Assembly (NCBI GenBank): GCA_964460075.1
Contig: CAYWPC010000011.1
Location: 12,029 to 76,028, forward strand
Direction: 5' to 3'
DNA: 64,000 nucleotides
Source of the DNA: an uncultured Acidimicrobiaceae bacterium
GTDB lineage: Bacteria > Actinomycetota > Acidimicrobiia > Spongiisociales > UBA5794
Below the pieces are notes generated by a model, which saw nothing but the letters and a program-made list of their open reading frames with translations, did no database searches and had not been told where the DNA came from. Positions 1 through 10,407 of the stretch are shown here, one piece after another. How positions within the stretch are numbered: the first letter of the stretch is position 1; every line of letters begins with the position of its first letter. A program made the position numbers and the translations under genes.

Positions 1-2
1 AT

Positions 3-1565
3 GCCGGTCGACTGTACAGGATGATCAACGATGTCGTAGCGCTGCGGATCGACTTAGCCGGGACCATCCGGCAGGCCGAGCAGGTAGTCAGAGATGCCGA
101 AGGCGTCTCCTCAACTGCCGTTGAGGGGTCACTCGAGATGCTCGACACCGTTCGCAGGGCATCCGTGCGATTGGAGAACACCGCTCTCGGTCTCACAATG
201 GTGCCTCTCACCAACATCACGTCGACCCTCCCGCAGCTTGCCAGATACTTGTCGAAGCGCTTTCAGCGAGACATCGAACTCGTGATCGAGGGCGAGGAGA
301 CGTTCGTTGACAGACAGATGGTCGATCGTGTCAGTGAAATCATCCGCCAACTCGTGGTGAACGCGCTTGCTCACGGCATTGAGGATTCCGAAGCTCGATC
401 CGCTCGCGGGAAATCTGCGCTCGGCACGGTCAAACTCGCGCTCTCACGTAACGACAAGCACCTGCAAATCGTTGTCGCAGACGACGGCTCCGGTATCGAC
501 TGGTCTCGCGTGAGGAAGCTCGCTGATGAGCGCGGGTTGTTGGAGAGCGATCCAACAACCGAGCAGCTCAGATCGGTTCTCTTCTCCGACGGATTCTCTA
601 CGAATCCTGGTTCGACGGAGTTCATTGGAAGCGGGAATGGGCTTGCTCGTGTGACCAATATTGTTGAGGAGCTCTTCGGGACGATGACGATGGAGTCGGT
701 GCCCGGTCGGGGGACCACCTTTGTGATCACGATGCCTGCCCATCGTGCGCTTCAGCGGGCCCAGATCTTCACATCCGGGGGGCATTCGTGGGGGATCCCC
801 GAGTCGTCAGTCCTCGCAATTCTCGACATTCAAGATGTCACGGTCTCTCTCACTGAGACTGGCAGCACTATTGGCTTCGGCTCCGAGACGGTGCCCTACT
901 CCTCCTTTGCGACCGTCGCGGGACTGGACCTCGAAGGCCTTGCGTCGCAGGTCATCGTGATGCAGAGCCCCACAGGGCCGATCGCTCTCGCGGTCGACAA
1001 CGTGCTTGAGCTCCATGAGGTTGCGACGAAGGACTTGGGGCCACTGTTGAGCGGTGCCTCTGTCGTATCGGGTGTTGCTCTGTTGGGGGCCGAAGAGACC
1101 GTCATGCTCGTCGATCCCGGTCGGCTTGCCGACAACCTACGAGAAGTCGAGATCCGTCCCTCCGGTCCGGGTCGCAGCGTGTTGATCGTCGATGACAGCC
1201 AGGGAGTGCGACAGGTCGTCTCAGGTGTGCTTGCTTCGCACGGCTTCTCGACCGTATCAGCCGGCAGCGTGTCAGATGCGCTTGCAGCGCTCGCCAAGAA
1301 CACTATCGACGCCATGGTGGTCGACTTCTCGATGCCCCGTGCAGACGGGGTAGCACTCGTCCACATGGTGCGCCAGAGGTACGGTGAAATCCCCGTGGTG
1401 ATGCTCTCGGGCGTGGCTTCCGACGAAGACCGTGCCAGGGCTGAGCGTGCCGGTGTCCACGCGTTCTTTGACAAAGCAGATTTCGCCAGGGGCGCCTTGG
1501 TCGAGAAGCTTCGCGATCTGATCGACGGGCGCGCGAAGCCAGGCGAGGCGGAGATCGCCTCCTAG
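3..1565 (+). CDS. CheA-like hybrid histidine kinase, 5'-partial
   Basis: Translation shows a HATPase_c region (VADDGSGID, GSGNGLARV, GRGTTFVITMP), a CheW-like domain and a C-terminal receiver domain (LIVDDSQGVR...MPRADG). The reading frame is open to the window edge, so the N-terminal HPt/dimerisation part lies upstream. Confidence 0.7.
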   Translation, partial: AGRLYRMINDVVALRIDLAGTIRQAEQVVRDAEGVSSTAVEGSLEMLDTVRRASVRLENTALGLTMVPLTNITSTLPQLARYLSKRFQRDIELVIEGEETFVDRQMVDRVSEIIRQLVVNALAHGIEDSEARSARGKSALGTVKLALSRNDKHLQIVVADDGSGIDWSRVRKLADERGLLESDPTTEQLRSVLFSDGFSTNPGSTEFIGSGNGLARVTNIVEELFGTMTMESVPGRGTTFVITMPAHRALQRAQIFTSGGHSWGIPESSVLAILDIQDVTVSLTETGSTIGFGSETVPYSSFATVAGLDLEGLASQVIVMQSPTGPIALAVDNVLELHEVATKDLGPLLSGASVVSGVALLGAEETVMLVDPGRLADNLREVEIRPSGPGRSVLIVDDSQGVRQVVSGVLASHGFSTVSAGSVSDALAALAKNTIDAMVVDFSMPRADGVALVHMVRQRYGEIPVVMLSGVASDEDRARAERAGVHAFFDKADFARGALVEKLRDLIDGRAKPGEAEIAS

Positions 1566-1701
1566 TCCCCTGCCCTCCGGTTGCCGCCCACGGTGCTGTG
1601 CCTGCACTTCTTCGTCAGTTTGTACCGTGGTGCGACATCGAGCTGTGTTGATGACTACACGCCTGTGATTCGGTCCCAGAGGCTCGGTACACTCGAACGC
1701 G

Positions 1702-3885
1702 ATGTCTGAGTCGCCCCTCTTTGCGTCGTTGAATCCCGTGCAGCGAGAGGCTGTTGCGGTCACCGACGGGCCGGTGTTGGTGATCGCGGGAGCAGGGTCG
1801 GGAAAGACGCGCGTTCTCACCTTCCGAATAGCACATCTCGTTCGTGACCTCCATGTCTCTCCGTACGAGATTCTTGCGATCACGTTTACGAATAAAGCTG
1901 CCGGTGAGATGAAGGAACGCGTCCAGGACCTGATCGGCCGCGTCACCTACGACATGTGGGTATCGACTTTCCACTCCGCGTGCGTTCGTATCTTGAGGCA
2001 GGAGATACATCGTCTCGGTTACCGGCCGTCGTTCTCGATTTATGACGACGGTGACTCGACGAGGCTCGTGACGATGTGCATCAAGGACCTCGACCTCGAC
2101 TCGAAACATTTCCCACCGAGACAGATCAAGGCGGCGATTTCGAAGGCCAAGAACGAGCTTGTCGACTACGAGACGTTCGCCATGCAGGATTCCGGGTACT
2201 ACCACGAGCGGGTCGCCGACATTTACAGGCTCTATCAGCAGCGACTTGTTGAAGCGTCTGCCGTGGACTTCGACGATATCTTGAAACTTACCGTCGAGGT
2301 GTTCCAGGCGTTTCCCGAGGTGCTCGAACGGTGGCAGAGTCGGTTCGGCTACATACTGGTTGATGAGTACCAGGACACCAACAGGGCGCAGTATCTGCTC
2401 GTGAAGATGCTTGGTGCTCGCCACCGCAACATATGTGTCGTGGGGGATTCTGACCAGTCGATATACGCCTTCAGAGGCGCGGATATGCGCAATATCTTGT
2501 TGTTCGAGAAGGACTATCCCGACGCAAGAGTCATCCTCCTCGAACAGAACTATCGATCTACCCAAACGATTCTTGATGCCGCTAACGCAGTGATCACCAA
2601 CAACGTTGCCCGAAAGCCGAAACGTCTGTGGACCGACGAAGGTGCAGGTGACAAGATCGTCGTGTTCGAAGCCGAGGATGAACACGAGGAGGCTGCTTAC
2701 ATCGCTGAGGAGATAGCGAGGCTCCAAGATGGCGGTGCAGCGCTTCACGACATCGCGGTTTTCTATCGCACCAATGCACAGTCTCGCGTGATAGAAGAGT
2801 TGTTCGTCCGTTTCGGTGTGACGTACCAGGTCGTCGGTGGGTTGAAATATTATGATCGGAGGGAGGTCAAGGATGCCTTGGCCTATCTCCGATCCGTTGT
2901 GAATCCTGACGATCAGGTCGCGCTGAAGCGAATCATCAACATGCCGAAGCGATCGATCGGTGACACGACCATTGCGCACCTGGATCGATTCGCCGAGGCG
3001 AGCGGTATTGGTTTCATGGATGCTCTCAGGCAGGCCGAAGAGATAGATGCCCTCACTCCACGGGCCCGCAAAGCGATTCTCGAGTTCGTTGGTCTCATCG
3101 ATGTTCTTGCGACGAAGGCTGTCGACGGTCCGCGGGCCGCCCTCGAAGCCGTACTCGCCGACACTGGATACCTCGACATGATTCGCGCCGAGCGCTCCGT
3201 TGAAGCCATGGGTCGAGAGGAGAATCTCAAGGAGCTCCTCAGCGCAGCAGCGGAGTTCGAGGAATTGGGTCCTGCGTCGATGGGCCCGAAGGAGTGGTCT
3301 GTGCTCGATGGGATGGGAAAGCTCCAACTGTTTCTCGAGTCCATCAGTCTCGTGACGGACGTTGACACCGTGGATCCTGCTTCCGCTGTGACTCTGATGA
3401 CGCTACACAACGCCAAAGGCCTCGAGTATCAAACTGTCTTCCTGACGGGACTCGAAGATGGTGTGTTTCCACATGTACGATCTCTCGGCAACCCGCAGGA
3501 ACTTGAGGAGGAGCGAAGGCTCTGTTACGTAGGCATCACGAGAGCGCGGAAGCGCTTGTATCTCACGAGGGCGTGGAGCAGGAATCTTTGGGGCCAGAAC
3601 AATTACAACGGTCCGAGTCGGTTCCTGCGCGAGATTCCTGATCATCTCGTTGTCGAAGCCGGGCGGAGGCGTCGGTCAGCATCGCTGGAGGCGAGGCGGC
3701 CGAGGAGCACCGTGTCCGGTATCGACGTTCAAGTTGGTGACCGTGTTCATCACTCGCATTGGGGTGAGGGTGTCGTGCGTGAGGTCGCGGGCGCCGGCGA
3801 GCGAGCCGAAGCAGTGGTGACGTTCGAACGTCACGGTACCAAGAGACTTCTCCTCGCCTGGGCACCGCTCGAGAAGGTCAGCTAG
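1702..3885 (+). CDS. pcrA: ATP-dependent DNA helicase PcrA/UvrD
   Basis: Walker A ([12 protein letters not shown]), UvrD helicase motifs throughout, and a C-terminal Tudor-like tail ([15 protein letters not shown]). ATG start at 1702. Confidence 0.9.
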   Translation: MSESPLFASLNPVQREAVAVTDGPVLVIAGAGSGKTRVLTFRIAHLVRDLHVSPYEILAITFTNKAAGEMKERVQDLIGRVTYDMWVSTFHSACVRILRQEIHRLGYRPSFSIYDDGDSTRLVTMCIKDLDLDSKHFPPRQIKAAISKAKNELVDYETFAMQDSGYYHERVADIYRLYQQRLVEASAVDFDDILKLTVEVFQAFPEVLERWQSRFGYILVDEYQDTNRAQYLLVKMLGARHRNICVVGDSDQSIYAFRGADMRNILLFEKDYPDARVILLEQNYRSTQTILDAANAVITNNVARKPKRLWTDEGAGDKIVVFEAEDEHEEAAYIAEEIARLQDGGAALHDIAVFYRTNAQSRVIEELFVRFGVTYQVVGGLKYYDRREVKDALAYLRSVVNPDDQVALKRIINMPKRSIGDTTIAHLDRFAEASGIGFMDALRQAEEIDALTPRARKAILEFVGLIDVLATKAVDGPRAALEAVLADTGYLDMIRAERSVEAMGREENLKELLSAAAEFEELGPASMGPKEWSVLDGMGKLQLFLESISLVTDVDTVDPASAVTLMTLHNAKGLEYQTVFLTGLEDGVFPHVRSLGNPQELEEERRLCYVGITRARKRLYLTRAWSRNLWGQNNYNGPSRFLREIPDHLVVEAGRRRRSASLEARRPRSTVSGIDVQVGDRVHHSHWGEGVVREVAGAGERAEAVVTFERHGTKRLLLAWAPLEKVS

Positions 3886-3946
3886 TCGCCCATCTCTAGC
3901 CTCTCTCGAAAGGGAAGAGTTACTGGCTTCACTACCATTCGCACTG

Positions 3947-4336
3947 ATGCCCGTACGAATTCTGATAGCGAAACCTGGCCTCGATGGCCACGACCGTGGC
4001 GCAAAGGTCGTTGCGAGAGCGCTGAGGGACGCCGGCTGCGAGGTCATTTATACCGGTCTTCATCAGACGCCCGCCCAGATCGCAGAGATCGCAGTGCAAG
4101 AGGATGTCGACGGTGTCGGATTGTCCACGCTGTCGGGGGCACATCTCACCTTGTTCCCGAGTGTGGTCGACGAGCTCGAATCCCGCGGGGCGGGAGACAT
4201 TGTCGTGTTCGGAGGGGGCATCATCCCCGACGCTGACATCCCCGTGCTCGAAGACAAAGGCATCACACCGATTTTCCGACCTGGAACGTCGCTCGATGAC
4301 ATTCAGGCATGGGTCGACCAACAGTTTTCAGATTGA
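3947..4336 (+). CDS. Stand-alone cobalamin (B12)-binding domain protein, methylmalonyl-CoA mutase C-terminal-like
   Basis: 129 aa with [33 protein letters not shown], the DxHxxG B12-binding signature and Rossmann-like fold. No mutase catalytic subunit is adjacent. Confidence 0.75.
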   Translation: MPVRILIAKPGLDGHDRGAKVVARALRDAGCEVIYTGLHQTPAQIAEIAVQEDVDGVGLSTLSGAHLTLFPSVVDELESRGAGDIVVFGGGIIPDADIPVLEDKGITPIFRPGTSLDDIQAWVDQQFSD

Positions 4337-4363
4337 CCAACGGCACGTTCCCGAGGAGGAAAT

Positions 4364-5587
4364 GTGAAAATCCACGAGTACCAGGCGAAGGCCTTGATGA
4401 AGGGTCGCGGGATCGCTGTTCCTGCTGGTGTTGTCGCGACGACCGCCGATGAGGCTGTCGCGGCGGTGAGGGTGCTCATCGAGGCCACAGGCAACCCCGT
4501 TGTCGTCGTCAAGTCTCAGATCCATGCGGGCGGTCGCGGGAAGGGACGATTCAAGGAGCATCCAGATGTTGGCGGTGTCAACGTCGTTCTCGACGGTATC
4601 GATGGCGGCATCGATGCAGCGGAAGCCAAAGTGCGGGAGCTCGCCACGCAGATGCTCGGCTCAACGCTTGTCACCGTCCAGACCGGAGACGAAGGCAAGA
4701 CTGTCAGCACGCTCTACATCGAGCAAGGCATCGATATTGCCACTGAGCTGTATCTCTCCGTGTTGCTTGATCGCTCGACGAGCCACAACATCGTGATGGC
4801 ATCAACGGAGGGTGGGACCGAGATCGAGGTCGTAGCAGACGAAACTCCCGAGAGGATCCTCAAGGAGGAGATCGACCCCGCGTTTGGTCTGCTCGATTTC
4901 CAGGCACGACGCATTGCTCATGGTCTCGGCCTGGAAGGCGAAGCCTTCCGCAACGGAGTGAAGTTCCTCAAGATGCTTACTGCGGCCGCCGTGGAGCTCG
5001 ACACCGACCTTGTCGAGATCAACCCTCTTGTCGTCACCAAGGACGCCGAGGTGATGGCGCTCGACGGGAAGATGTCGTTCGAAGCCAACGCCCTCTATAG
5101 GCACCCCGACATTCTCGATCTTCGCGACCCGTCCGAGGAGGACACAGCGGAGTCAGAGGCGAAGGAGTTCGGCCTGTCGTTCATCAAGCTCGACGGTTCG
5201 ATCGGGTGCATGGTGAACGGTGCTGGTCTCGCCATGGCGACGATGGACATCATCAACTATTTCGGTGGGGAGCCAGCGAACTTTCTCGATGTCGGAGGGG
5301 GTGCGGAGAAGGATCAGATCGTTGCAGCCTTCAAGCTCATCACGGCAGATCCGAACGTCAAGGGCATCTTCGTCAACATCTTTGGAGGCATCATGCGCTG
5401 TGACACGATTGCTGAAGGTGTGGTTGCTGCGGTGAAGGAAGTAGGGCTCAAGGTGCCGCTCGTCGTGCGGCTCGAGGGTACGAATGTCGAACTCGGCAAG
5501 CGGATCATCGATGACTCAGGCCTCAATGTCGTGAGTGCAGAGGACATGAAAGACGGAGCGGAGAAGATCGTGGAGTTGGCCCGATGA
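4364..5587 (+). CDS. sucC: Succinyl-CoA ligase, ADP-forming, beta subunit
   Basis: [23 protein letters not shown]-grasp N-terminus. GTG start preceded by GAGGAGGA. Stop overlaps the sucD start. Confidence 0.95.
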   Translation: MKIHEYQAKALMKGRGIAVPAGVVATTADEAVAAVRVLIEATGNPVVVVKSQIHAGGRGKGRFKEHPDVGGVNVVLDGIDGGIDAAEAKVRELATQMLGSTLVTVQTGDEGKTVSTLYIEQGIDIATELYLSVLLDRSTSHNIVMASTEGGTEIEVVADETPERILKEEIDPAFGLLDFQARRIAHGLGLEGEAFRNGVKFLKMLTAAAVELDTDLVEINPLVVTKDAEVMALDGKMSFEANALYRHPDILDLRDPSEEDTAESEAKEFGLSFIKLDGSIGCMVNGAGLAMATMDIINYFGGEPANFLDVGGGAEKDQIVAAFKLITADPNVKGIFVNIFGGIMRCDTIAEGVVAAVKEVGLKVPLVVRLEGTNVELGKRIIDDSGLNVVSAEDMKDGAEKIVELAR

Positions 5588-6510
5588 GTGTGCTGGTAGA
5601 CAAGGACACCAAGGTCCTGGTTCAGGGAATGGGGAAGACTGGTCGGTTCCACACCGACAAGGCCATTGCGTACGGCACAAACATGGTTGGTGCCGTTCAT
5701 CCGTCGCGCGCCGGCCAGGTTGAGACCTACAGCGGAGCGATCGACCACTCGGGTGTGGAAGGTCGCGGTGACACCTACGAAGTCGATGTGCCGATATTTC
5801 GCGATGTTGCTAGTGCCATTGCAGCAACTGGTGCAGATGCATCCGTCGTGTATGTACCGCCGCCGTTCGCCGCGGATGCGATCATGGAGGCGGCTGACAT
5901 CGGTGTGAAGCTCATCATCGTGATCACCGAGGGCATTCCTGTGGCCGATATGGTCATTGCGAAGCGGTACGTTCAGGACCGCGATGTTCGCCTTGTCGGA
6001 CCGAACTGCCCTGGTGTCATCACGCCAAGGCAGTGCAAGATCGGCATCATGCCAGGCTATATCCACACACCGGGCAAGATTGGTGTTGTGTCACGTTCAG
6101 GGACGCTGACCTATGAGGCCGTGCATCAGCTCACGTTGAACGGCCTCGGCCAGACGACGGCGATCGGTGTCGGAGGCGACCCGGTCAACGGAACGAACTT
6201 CGTGGACTGTCTCACGATGTTCAACAATGACCCTGCAACCGAAGGCGTCATCATGATCGGTGAGATCGGTGGAACCGCTGAGGAAGAAGCCGCCGAGTGG
6301 ATCAAGGCGAACATGACGAAGCCTGTCGCCGGCTTCATCGCAGGCACGTCAGCTCCTCCTGGTAAGCGCATGGGCCATGCCGGCGCGATCATCTCGGGTG
6401 GCAAAGGAACGGCTGTGGCCAAGATCGAAGCCTTGACCGCTGCTGGTGTCGTCGTCGCTCCAACACCGACGGACATGGGTGCGGCGATGCTTGAAGCGAT
6501 CGGAGGATGA
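5584..6510 (+). CDS. sucD: Succinyl-CoA ligase alpha subunit
   Basis: CoA-binding and ligase-CoA domains ([27 protein letters not shown]). ATGA overlap with sucC. Confidence 0.95.
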   Translation: MSVLVDKDTKVLVQGMGKTGRFHTDKAIAYGTNMVGAVHPSRAGQVETYSGAIDHSGVEGRGDTYEVDVPIFRDVASAIAATGADASVVYVPPPFAADAIMEAADIGVKLIIVITEGIPVADMVIAKRYVQDRDVRLVGPNCPGVITPRQCKIGIMPGYIHTPGKIGVVSRSGTLTYEAVHQLTLNGLGQTTAIGVGGDPVNGTNFVDCLTMFNNDPATEGVIMIGEIGGTAEEEAAEWIKANMTKPVAGFIAGTSAPPGKRMGHAGAIISGGKGTAVAKIEALTAAGVVVAPTPTDMGAAMLEAIGG

Positions 6511-7002
6511 CACTCCGCCCGTAGCGCGATGTGCGCGTGACGTAGCTGGAGCACCGGCGCGGGTGTCTCGGATGCAGGACGACGGATTCCTTCACGTACA
6601 TGGCCGTGCCCACCGTGGATGGGCTTCCACCCTATTGAGGTTTCTACGGTTTCAGTCGTGCGGCGCTCTCGGCCGGATGTATACCGAACTTCCGCCAGGC
6701 CCGTGTCGACTGCACACATGACGAACATCGCTTGTACCCGTGCGCGGTGTCCGCTCAGCCGACGTGGTCGCACCCGCGACCACGGGCTTGGCATGGCCTC
6801 ACCGTGGATGTGTGTCTCGGTCGTCCCTCTGATTGACTGTCAGGACCGCGACACTTATCTTGACGCCAACCGCTGTCAATGACACGCACGACTCCTCCCG
6901 ACTATTGATGTTCATCGTGACGCGAGCAGGGCAGAGTTGACGATTTGTGAGGTCATCCGTCCGCCACACCTTCGTTGCGATTAGCACGGCGAGGAAGCAG
7001 CG

Positions 7003-7647
7003 ATGTTCGCACGAGTCACGTTTGGCGTCACACTGATGCTTGTCCTCGCGGTGTGTAGCAATTCGACATCGGCTGAGCAGGTAGCCACGACCACGACGCA
7101 GGTAGCCACGACCACGACAGTCGACACCGACGTGAAGGTGCAGGCTCTCGACCCTGTCGGGACGCTCCTGGCTGCCGGTAAGCGGCTATCTGTTGGCGAC
7201 TACACGACGACGGAGATGACTCCCTTGATCAGGTTCTCTACCGAACGATTCTGGGACTTCATAGGTGAGTTCCCATCGCTTCTGCTCCTTGGCCAACCCG
7301 CAGCGCAGCAATCACTCGCCTTCGTTCTGTTCCCTGTGTACTTGGGCGAGGGTGTTGTTGAGTCCATTCAGAGTGAATCGATATTCAACGCCTCCGATGT
7401 CGCGCCTGCGACCGTAGGTGGTATTGACGGTGTCTCGTTCATGGTCGATGTGGTGGTTCCAGGAGGTGGATTCGCTCAGACGACCCTGTTTCCGAACAAC
7501 CAGACGTACAGTCAGGTCGACCTCGATCCGCCCAGGTTCAACGACGGCGAACAAGTCAGGTTCACCCTTATCGAAGTCGGTGAGAACGTACTTGTGATCA
7601 TGGCCGGATCGGGACCGTCTGGATTCGGTGGCTTCCTTTCAGAGTGA
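7003..7647 (+). CDS. Putative secreted lipoprotein of unknown function; reading frame terminated inside a 271-bp tandem duplication
   Basis: Signal peptide with lipobox (LVLAVCSNS) and a QVATTTT x2 repeat. The ORF ends at a stop created where copy 1 of the duplication runs into copy 2 (+1 frame). Confidence 0.5.
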   Translation: MFARVTFGVTLMLVLAVCSNSTSAEQVATTTTQVATTTTVDTDVKVQALDPVGTLLAAGKRLSVGDYTTTEMTPLIRFSTERFWDFIGEFPSLLLLGQPAAQQSLAFVLFPVYLGEGVVESIQSESIFNASDVAPATVGGIDGVSFMVDVVVPGGGFAQTTLFPNNQTYSQVDLDPPRFNDGEQVRFTLIEVGENVLVIMAGSGPSGFGGFLSE

Positions 7648-7909
7648 ATCGATATTCAACGCCTCCGATGTCGCGCCTGCGACCGTAGGTGGTATTGACG
7701 GTGTCTCGTTCATGGTCGATGTGGTGGTTCCAGGAGGTGGATTCGCTCAGACGACCCTGTTTCCGAACAACCAGACGTACAGTCAGGTCGACCTCGATCC
7801 GCCCAGGTTCAACGACGGCGAACAAGTCAGGTTCACCCTTATCGAAGTCGGTGAGAACGTACTTGTGATCATGGCCGGATCGGGACCGTCTGGATTCGGT
7901 GGCTTCCTT
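7368..7909. repeat. Perfect tandem duplication, 2 x 271 bp (7368-7638 and 7639-7909)
   Basis: Base-by-base identical copies read directly from the sequence. The two antisense ORFs 7312-7554 and 7598-7825 have identical translations as a consequence. Confidence 0.95.
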
Positions 7910-8260
7910 GCGATTGTCGACGAGTTGTTGGCCACAGTCACGTTCGGATGGATCCCAGACGGGTCGCTAATTTGCAACTCCACCTGCGGTCTTCATCTCG
8001 GCCGCTGGCGTGTGGGGTTGCAACGCCACACGAAGGTCGATTCGGTGGCAGCGAAGCTGCAAGGCCCCAGTCTCGGGAAGCTTGGGGCTGCCGGGGTCGC
8101 TGGAACGCATGCACTCCCTGAACCAATCGGGAGCCAGATGCGCGGGCGAGTGCTGTCGATCGTGTTCCCCCCCCAGACGGCCATGAGGGTGATGTCGCTG
8201 CTGGAGCGGCCGCCATGTCGATCGATCCCGCGCCACCAACGGCTTCTAGACTTGCAGCCG

Positions 8261-8893
8261 ATGCCTCAAGAATCGCTCCCCATCGCTGTTCTCATCTCTG
8301 GTTCGGGGACCAACCTTCAAGCACTCATCGACCGGCAGGACGAAGTGTTCAGCATTGCCGTGGTCATCGCGGATCGACCGGATGCGTTCGGCCTTACGCG
8401 AGCCACCGATGCTTGTATCCCGATCGAAGTGGTTCAGAGGTCGTCGTACTCGACGCCGGAGGCCTTTACCGATGCTCTGTGCGATACGGCTGACCGCTAC
8501 GGCGCCGCTGCACTGGTACTCGCCGGCTTCATGAGGATCCTCACGGCCTCAGCGATCGAGCGATTCCCGCATGCGATCATCAACGTGCACCCGGCCCTGC
8601 TTCCTGCATTCCCTGGAGCCCACGCAGTCGAGCAGGCCCTCGCGTACGGTGTGACACACACGGGGGTGACGGTCCATTTCGTCGATGAGCAGGTAGACCA
8701 TGGTCCGATCATCGCTCAACGGACGGTCTCTGTCCTGGCCGGTGACGATCAGGCCTCGCTCCATGCCAGACTTCAGACGGTCGAGCATGAGTTGCTGCCA
8801 GAAGTAGTTGCAGCTTTCGCGCGAGGAGCGTTGACCGTCGAGGGAAGACACGTTCGGTGGAAACAGACGACACAGACGGAGGGCGTGCAGTGA
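8261..8893 (+). CDS. purN: Phosphoribosylglycinamide formyltransferase
   Basis: IAVLISGSGTNLQALID N-terminus and formyl-transferase motifs (HPALLPAFPG). ATG at 8261, in frame with the long ORF 7628-8893. Confidence 0.9.
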   Translation: MPQESLPIAVLISGSGTNLQALIDRQDEVFSIAVVIADRPDAFGLTRATDACIPIEVVQRSSYSTPEAFTDALCDTADRYGAAALVLAGFMRILTASAIERFPHAIINVHPALLPAFPGAHAVEQALAYGVTHTGVTVHFVDEQVDHGPIIAQRTVSVLAGDDQASLHARLQTVEHELLPEVVAAFARGALTVEGRHVRWKQTTQTEGVQ

Positions 8894-10407
8894 CCCGAAT
8901 AGCCGTAACGAGAGCGCTGATATCGGTATCCGACAAAGAAGGTCTCCTACCACTCGCCGAGGCGCTCGTTGAACACGGGGTCGAGATCGTGTCGTCTGGA
9001 GGTACTGCGGCACATCTCGCACAAGCTGGTATTCCCGTGATAGCAGTGCAGGATGTGACCGGTGCGCCCGAGATGTTGGGTGGGCGGGTCAAGACGCTGC
9101 ACCCGCGCCTCCACGGAGGAATCCTCGCCGATCTCGGCAAAGAGCGCCACAGAAAGGATCTTGAAGATCTCGACATCGAACCGTTCCAGCTCGTGGTTGT
9201 CAACCTATATCCATTCGAGGCGGCGGTTGCCGAGGGTGCAGACCACGGAACAGCGATCGAGAACATCGACGTCGGCGGACCGACACTGATCAGAGCAGCA
9301 GCAAAGAATCACGCTTGGGTCGCGGTCGTGGTGTCGCCGGAGCGATACGACCAGGTGATCGCTGCCGTAGCCGATGGTGGGACTACCGAGGAGTTTCGAT
9401 TGGATCTCGCACGCGAGGCATTCTTTCGGACGGGCAGCTACGACGCTTCGATCGTGAACTGGCTAGAGAGCGACGGTGGAGACAACCTTGTCCTAGCCCT
9501 CACCAAGCAGGCATCACTGCGATACGGAGAGAACCCGCATCAGGAGGCTGCTCTGTACTCGGCTGGACGTTCGCGTGGATGGTGGTCTTCAGGGAGCCAG
9601 CTCCAAGGCAAGGAGATGTCGTTCAACAACTATGCAGACGCAAACGCCGCCTGGAAGCTGGCTACGGATCTTCCTGAGGGTGCTGTTGCGATCCTTAAGC
9701 ACATGAACGCATGTGGCGTTGCGAAAGGTGCCTCCATGCTTGAGGCGTTCACGAAAGCGTGGGCTTGTGATCCGCTCTCCGCCTTTGGCAGCGTCGTGGC
9801 GTTCAATGGTGAGCTCGACGTCGACACGGCTCGCGCCGTTACCGAGTACTTCGTGGAGATCGTCATAGCCCCGGCAATCACACACGAAGCGAGGGCTGTG
9901 CTTGGCCAGAAGAAGAATCTCAGGGTATTCGTCGCGTCAAAACCATCACCGTTCGACCTCGACATCCGCTCGATCGACGACGGATTTCTCGTGCAGCAGT
10001 GCGACATGGTTGCGGGCGGTGTCGCTACGTGGGAATCCAAGACCCGCGTGCCAACGACTCAAGAACGTACCGATCTCGAAATGGCCTGGATCATCGCGGC
10101 ACACACGAAGTCGAACGCGATCGTGCTGGTCAACAACGGTGCTGCGGTGGGGATCGGTGCAGGGGACCAAAGCAGGGTCGGTGCTGCACAACGAGCCTTG
10201 GCCAAGGCGGGGGAGCGGGCAGTGGGCGCCGTTTGTGCTTCCGATGCCTTCTTTCCGTTCAGGGATGGGCCCGACACGCTAGCTGCGGCAGGTGTCACAG
10301 CCATCGTGGAGCCCGGTGGCTCTGTCAGAGATGGTGAGATCATCGAATCAGCGAATGAGCACGATGTAGCGTTGCTCTTCACAGGAGAAAGGCATTTCAA
10401 ACATTGA
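8890..10407 (+). CDS. purH: Bifunctional AICAR transformylase / IMP cyclohydrolase
   Basis: RALISVSDKEGL MGS-like domain and AICARFT domain. GTG start at 8890 overlapping the purN stop (GTGA). Confidence 0.95.
   Translation: MTRIAVTRALISVSDKEGLLPLAEALVEHGVEIVSSGGTAAHLAQAGIPVIAVQDVTGAPEMLGGRVKTLHPRLHGGILADLGKERHRKDLEDLDIEPFQLVVVNLYPFEAAVAEGADHGTAIENIDVGGPTLIRAAAKNHAWVAVVVSPERYDQVIAAVADGGTTEEFRLDLAREAFFRTGSYDASIVNWLESDGGDNLVLALTKQASLRYGENPHQEAALYSAGRSRGWWSSGSQLQGKEMSFNNYADANAAWKLATDLPEGAVAILKHMNACGVAKGASMLEAFTKAWACDPLSAFGSVVAFNGELDVDTARAVTEYFVEIVIAPAITHEARAVLGQKKNLRVFVASKPSPFDLDIRSIDDGFLVQQCDMVAGGVATWESKTRVPTTQERTDLEMAWIIAAHTKSNAIVLVNNGAAVGIGAGDQSRVGAAQRALAKAGERAVGAVCASDAFFPFRDGPDTLAAAGVTAIVEPGGSVRDGEIIESANEHDVALLFTGERHFKH

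Noticed and set aside
1615-3327. 570-aa ORF antisense to pcrA, and many similar long antisense or overlapping ORFs (for example 18475-19077, 44277-45329, 55095-56474, 55667-56560)
   Set aside because: They are entirely nested opposite or out of frame to genes with strong homology. Their translations are Arg/Pro/Ser-rich low-complexity typical of non-coding frames in GC-rich DNA.
7312-7825. Two minus-strand ORFs with identical 60-aa N-termini
   Set aside because: They are a by-product of the 271-bp tandem duplication on the opposite strand of a real gene, not paralogous genes.
8167-8174. C8 homopolymer considered as a phase-variation switch for purN
   Set aside because: It lies upstream of the purN ATG in a stretch of doubtful coding status. 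It is more parsimoniously a sequencing-sensitive site than a regulatory switch, so it is reported only as a caveat.
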